A DNA stretch of 63,865 nt, the filler included, from Hausera hauseri (taxonomy: Eukaryota), in the NCBI GenBank assembly GCA_046269625.1. It is 11 parts of 11 records of this genome, joined end to end, with 100 filler letters (N's around TTAATTAATTAA, not from the genome) between each part and the next. Parts side by side here need not be neighbours in the genome. Positions count along the whole stretch, not along the records: positions 59,346 to 63,865 come from JBJURY010543231.1; 10 more parts are not named here. One strand, written 5' to 3'. Of the stretch, positions 63,006-63,865 are shown one piece after another. Numbering within the stretch: position 1 is the stretch's first letter; each line of letters begins with the position of its first letter. Under the pieces are notes generated by a model. It was given only the letters and a program-made list of their open reading frames with translations. It was not told the origin of the DNA and did no database searches. The translations under genes and the position numbers were made by a program.

Positions 63006-63865
63006 GACTATTGAAGCATTACAGCTAGCCACGTTGAGGCTAGGAGATGCCTCTTAAAGAGTCTATTCAAATTATTCAGATGCAGACCTCCAAGACCTAA
63101 ATGTTATCAATGACAGATCTCTTCAGGCTACTTTATCAAGTCAGTTTTTGCCTTACTTCTAAATTGTTGATGTGTGTTTTGTATTTAGGTAAGTAGTTAC
63201 ACCTTTAATTTAATAACAATGTTTGTTGTCATTACGCTGCTTGGCTTCATGAAAATTTGCGACCATGCTTTTGTTCCTCATTATTGTTTCAAATTCCTGA
63301 TTTTGAGTCTGGGCGTTCCTCAAAACAAATAGTCGGGGTATGCATGTCTGCAGAGAGGAACATAAACATTTTTGAATAGATAATCAAGCGTGTGAAAAGG
63401 CACTCGATAGGCAGAAAGAAGCAGATTAGAAGAAAACACACTGGAAAAACACACTCGAAAGTAAACATGTGTCTTAATATTGGCCCATAATTACTTTTTT
63501 TTGTTTTTTTGTTAAATAATATGTACCTATTATCAAATCATTGTTGATGCCCAGTGGTTAGTTACATAAGGAAGCATACATTTGTATGTGTGCTAAAGAT
63601 CAAGTCACGCTCCATTTTTAGAATGTTAGCAGTGCTAACAAAAATGGAAAAAAAAAAATAAATATATGTAATGTTAAATTAAAACATGAAATTTAAAAAT
63701 CTTGTAAGCAATGATAATTTTACGGCAAGCAGCTCTCCGGTGCATAAGGAAGAAAATGTGGCCGTACGGTCAGTTCCGCACGGTAGAACCAGACCAGAGG
63801 TGACCCTCGGTGCCCTGAGGGTTTAATGGCTCCACTTAAATAACCTGTAATTGAGGGTTTAATGG

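Overview
This window is not one locus. It is 11 eukaryotic contigs of about 4-9 kb, joined by identical 100-nt linkers (N44-TTAATTAATTAA-N44), and it appears to mix organisms. Contig 3 and the start of contig 11 look teleost-like (a pim-related kinase gene and a supervillin exon). Contig 8 and parts of contigs 10 and 11 look like repeat-rich invertebrate, possibly gastropod, DNA. Contigs 1, 4, 5, 7 and 10 come from an AT-rich, fast-evolving animal full of decayed Ty3/gypsy (Mag-like) elements. Contigs 2 and 9 carry Polinton/adintovirus-type pPolB remnants, one beside a dUTPase. Contig 6 has a pol-less gag...env element with a chuvirus-like glycoprotein. The strongest novel signal is a Ty3/gypsy group with two unusual traits. 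(i) Gag begins with a ubiquitin-like domain ending in a diglycine (RIRGG in one family, KLKGG in a divergent second family). (ii) The LTR-like units share only a short GC-rich 5' terminus, followed by unrelated gene-like cargo; one 1214-bp TG...CA unit with a perfect 5-bp TSD supports this, and another carries a bromodomain fragment. All family calls come from motif recognition by eye; no database searches were run.
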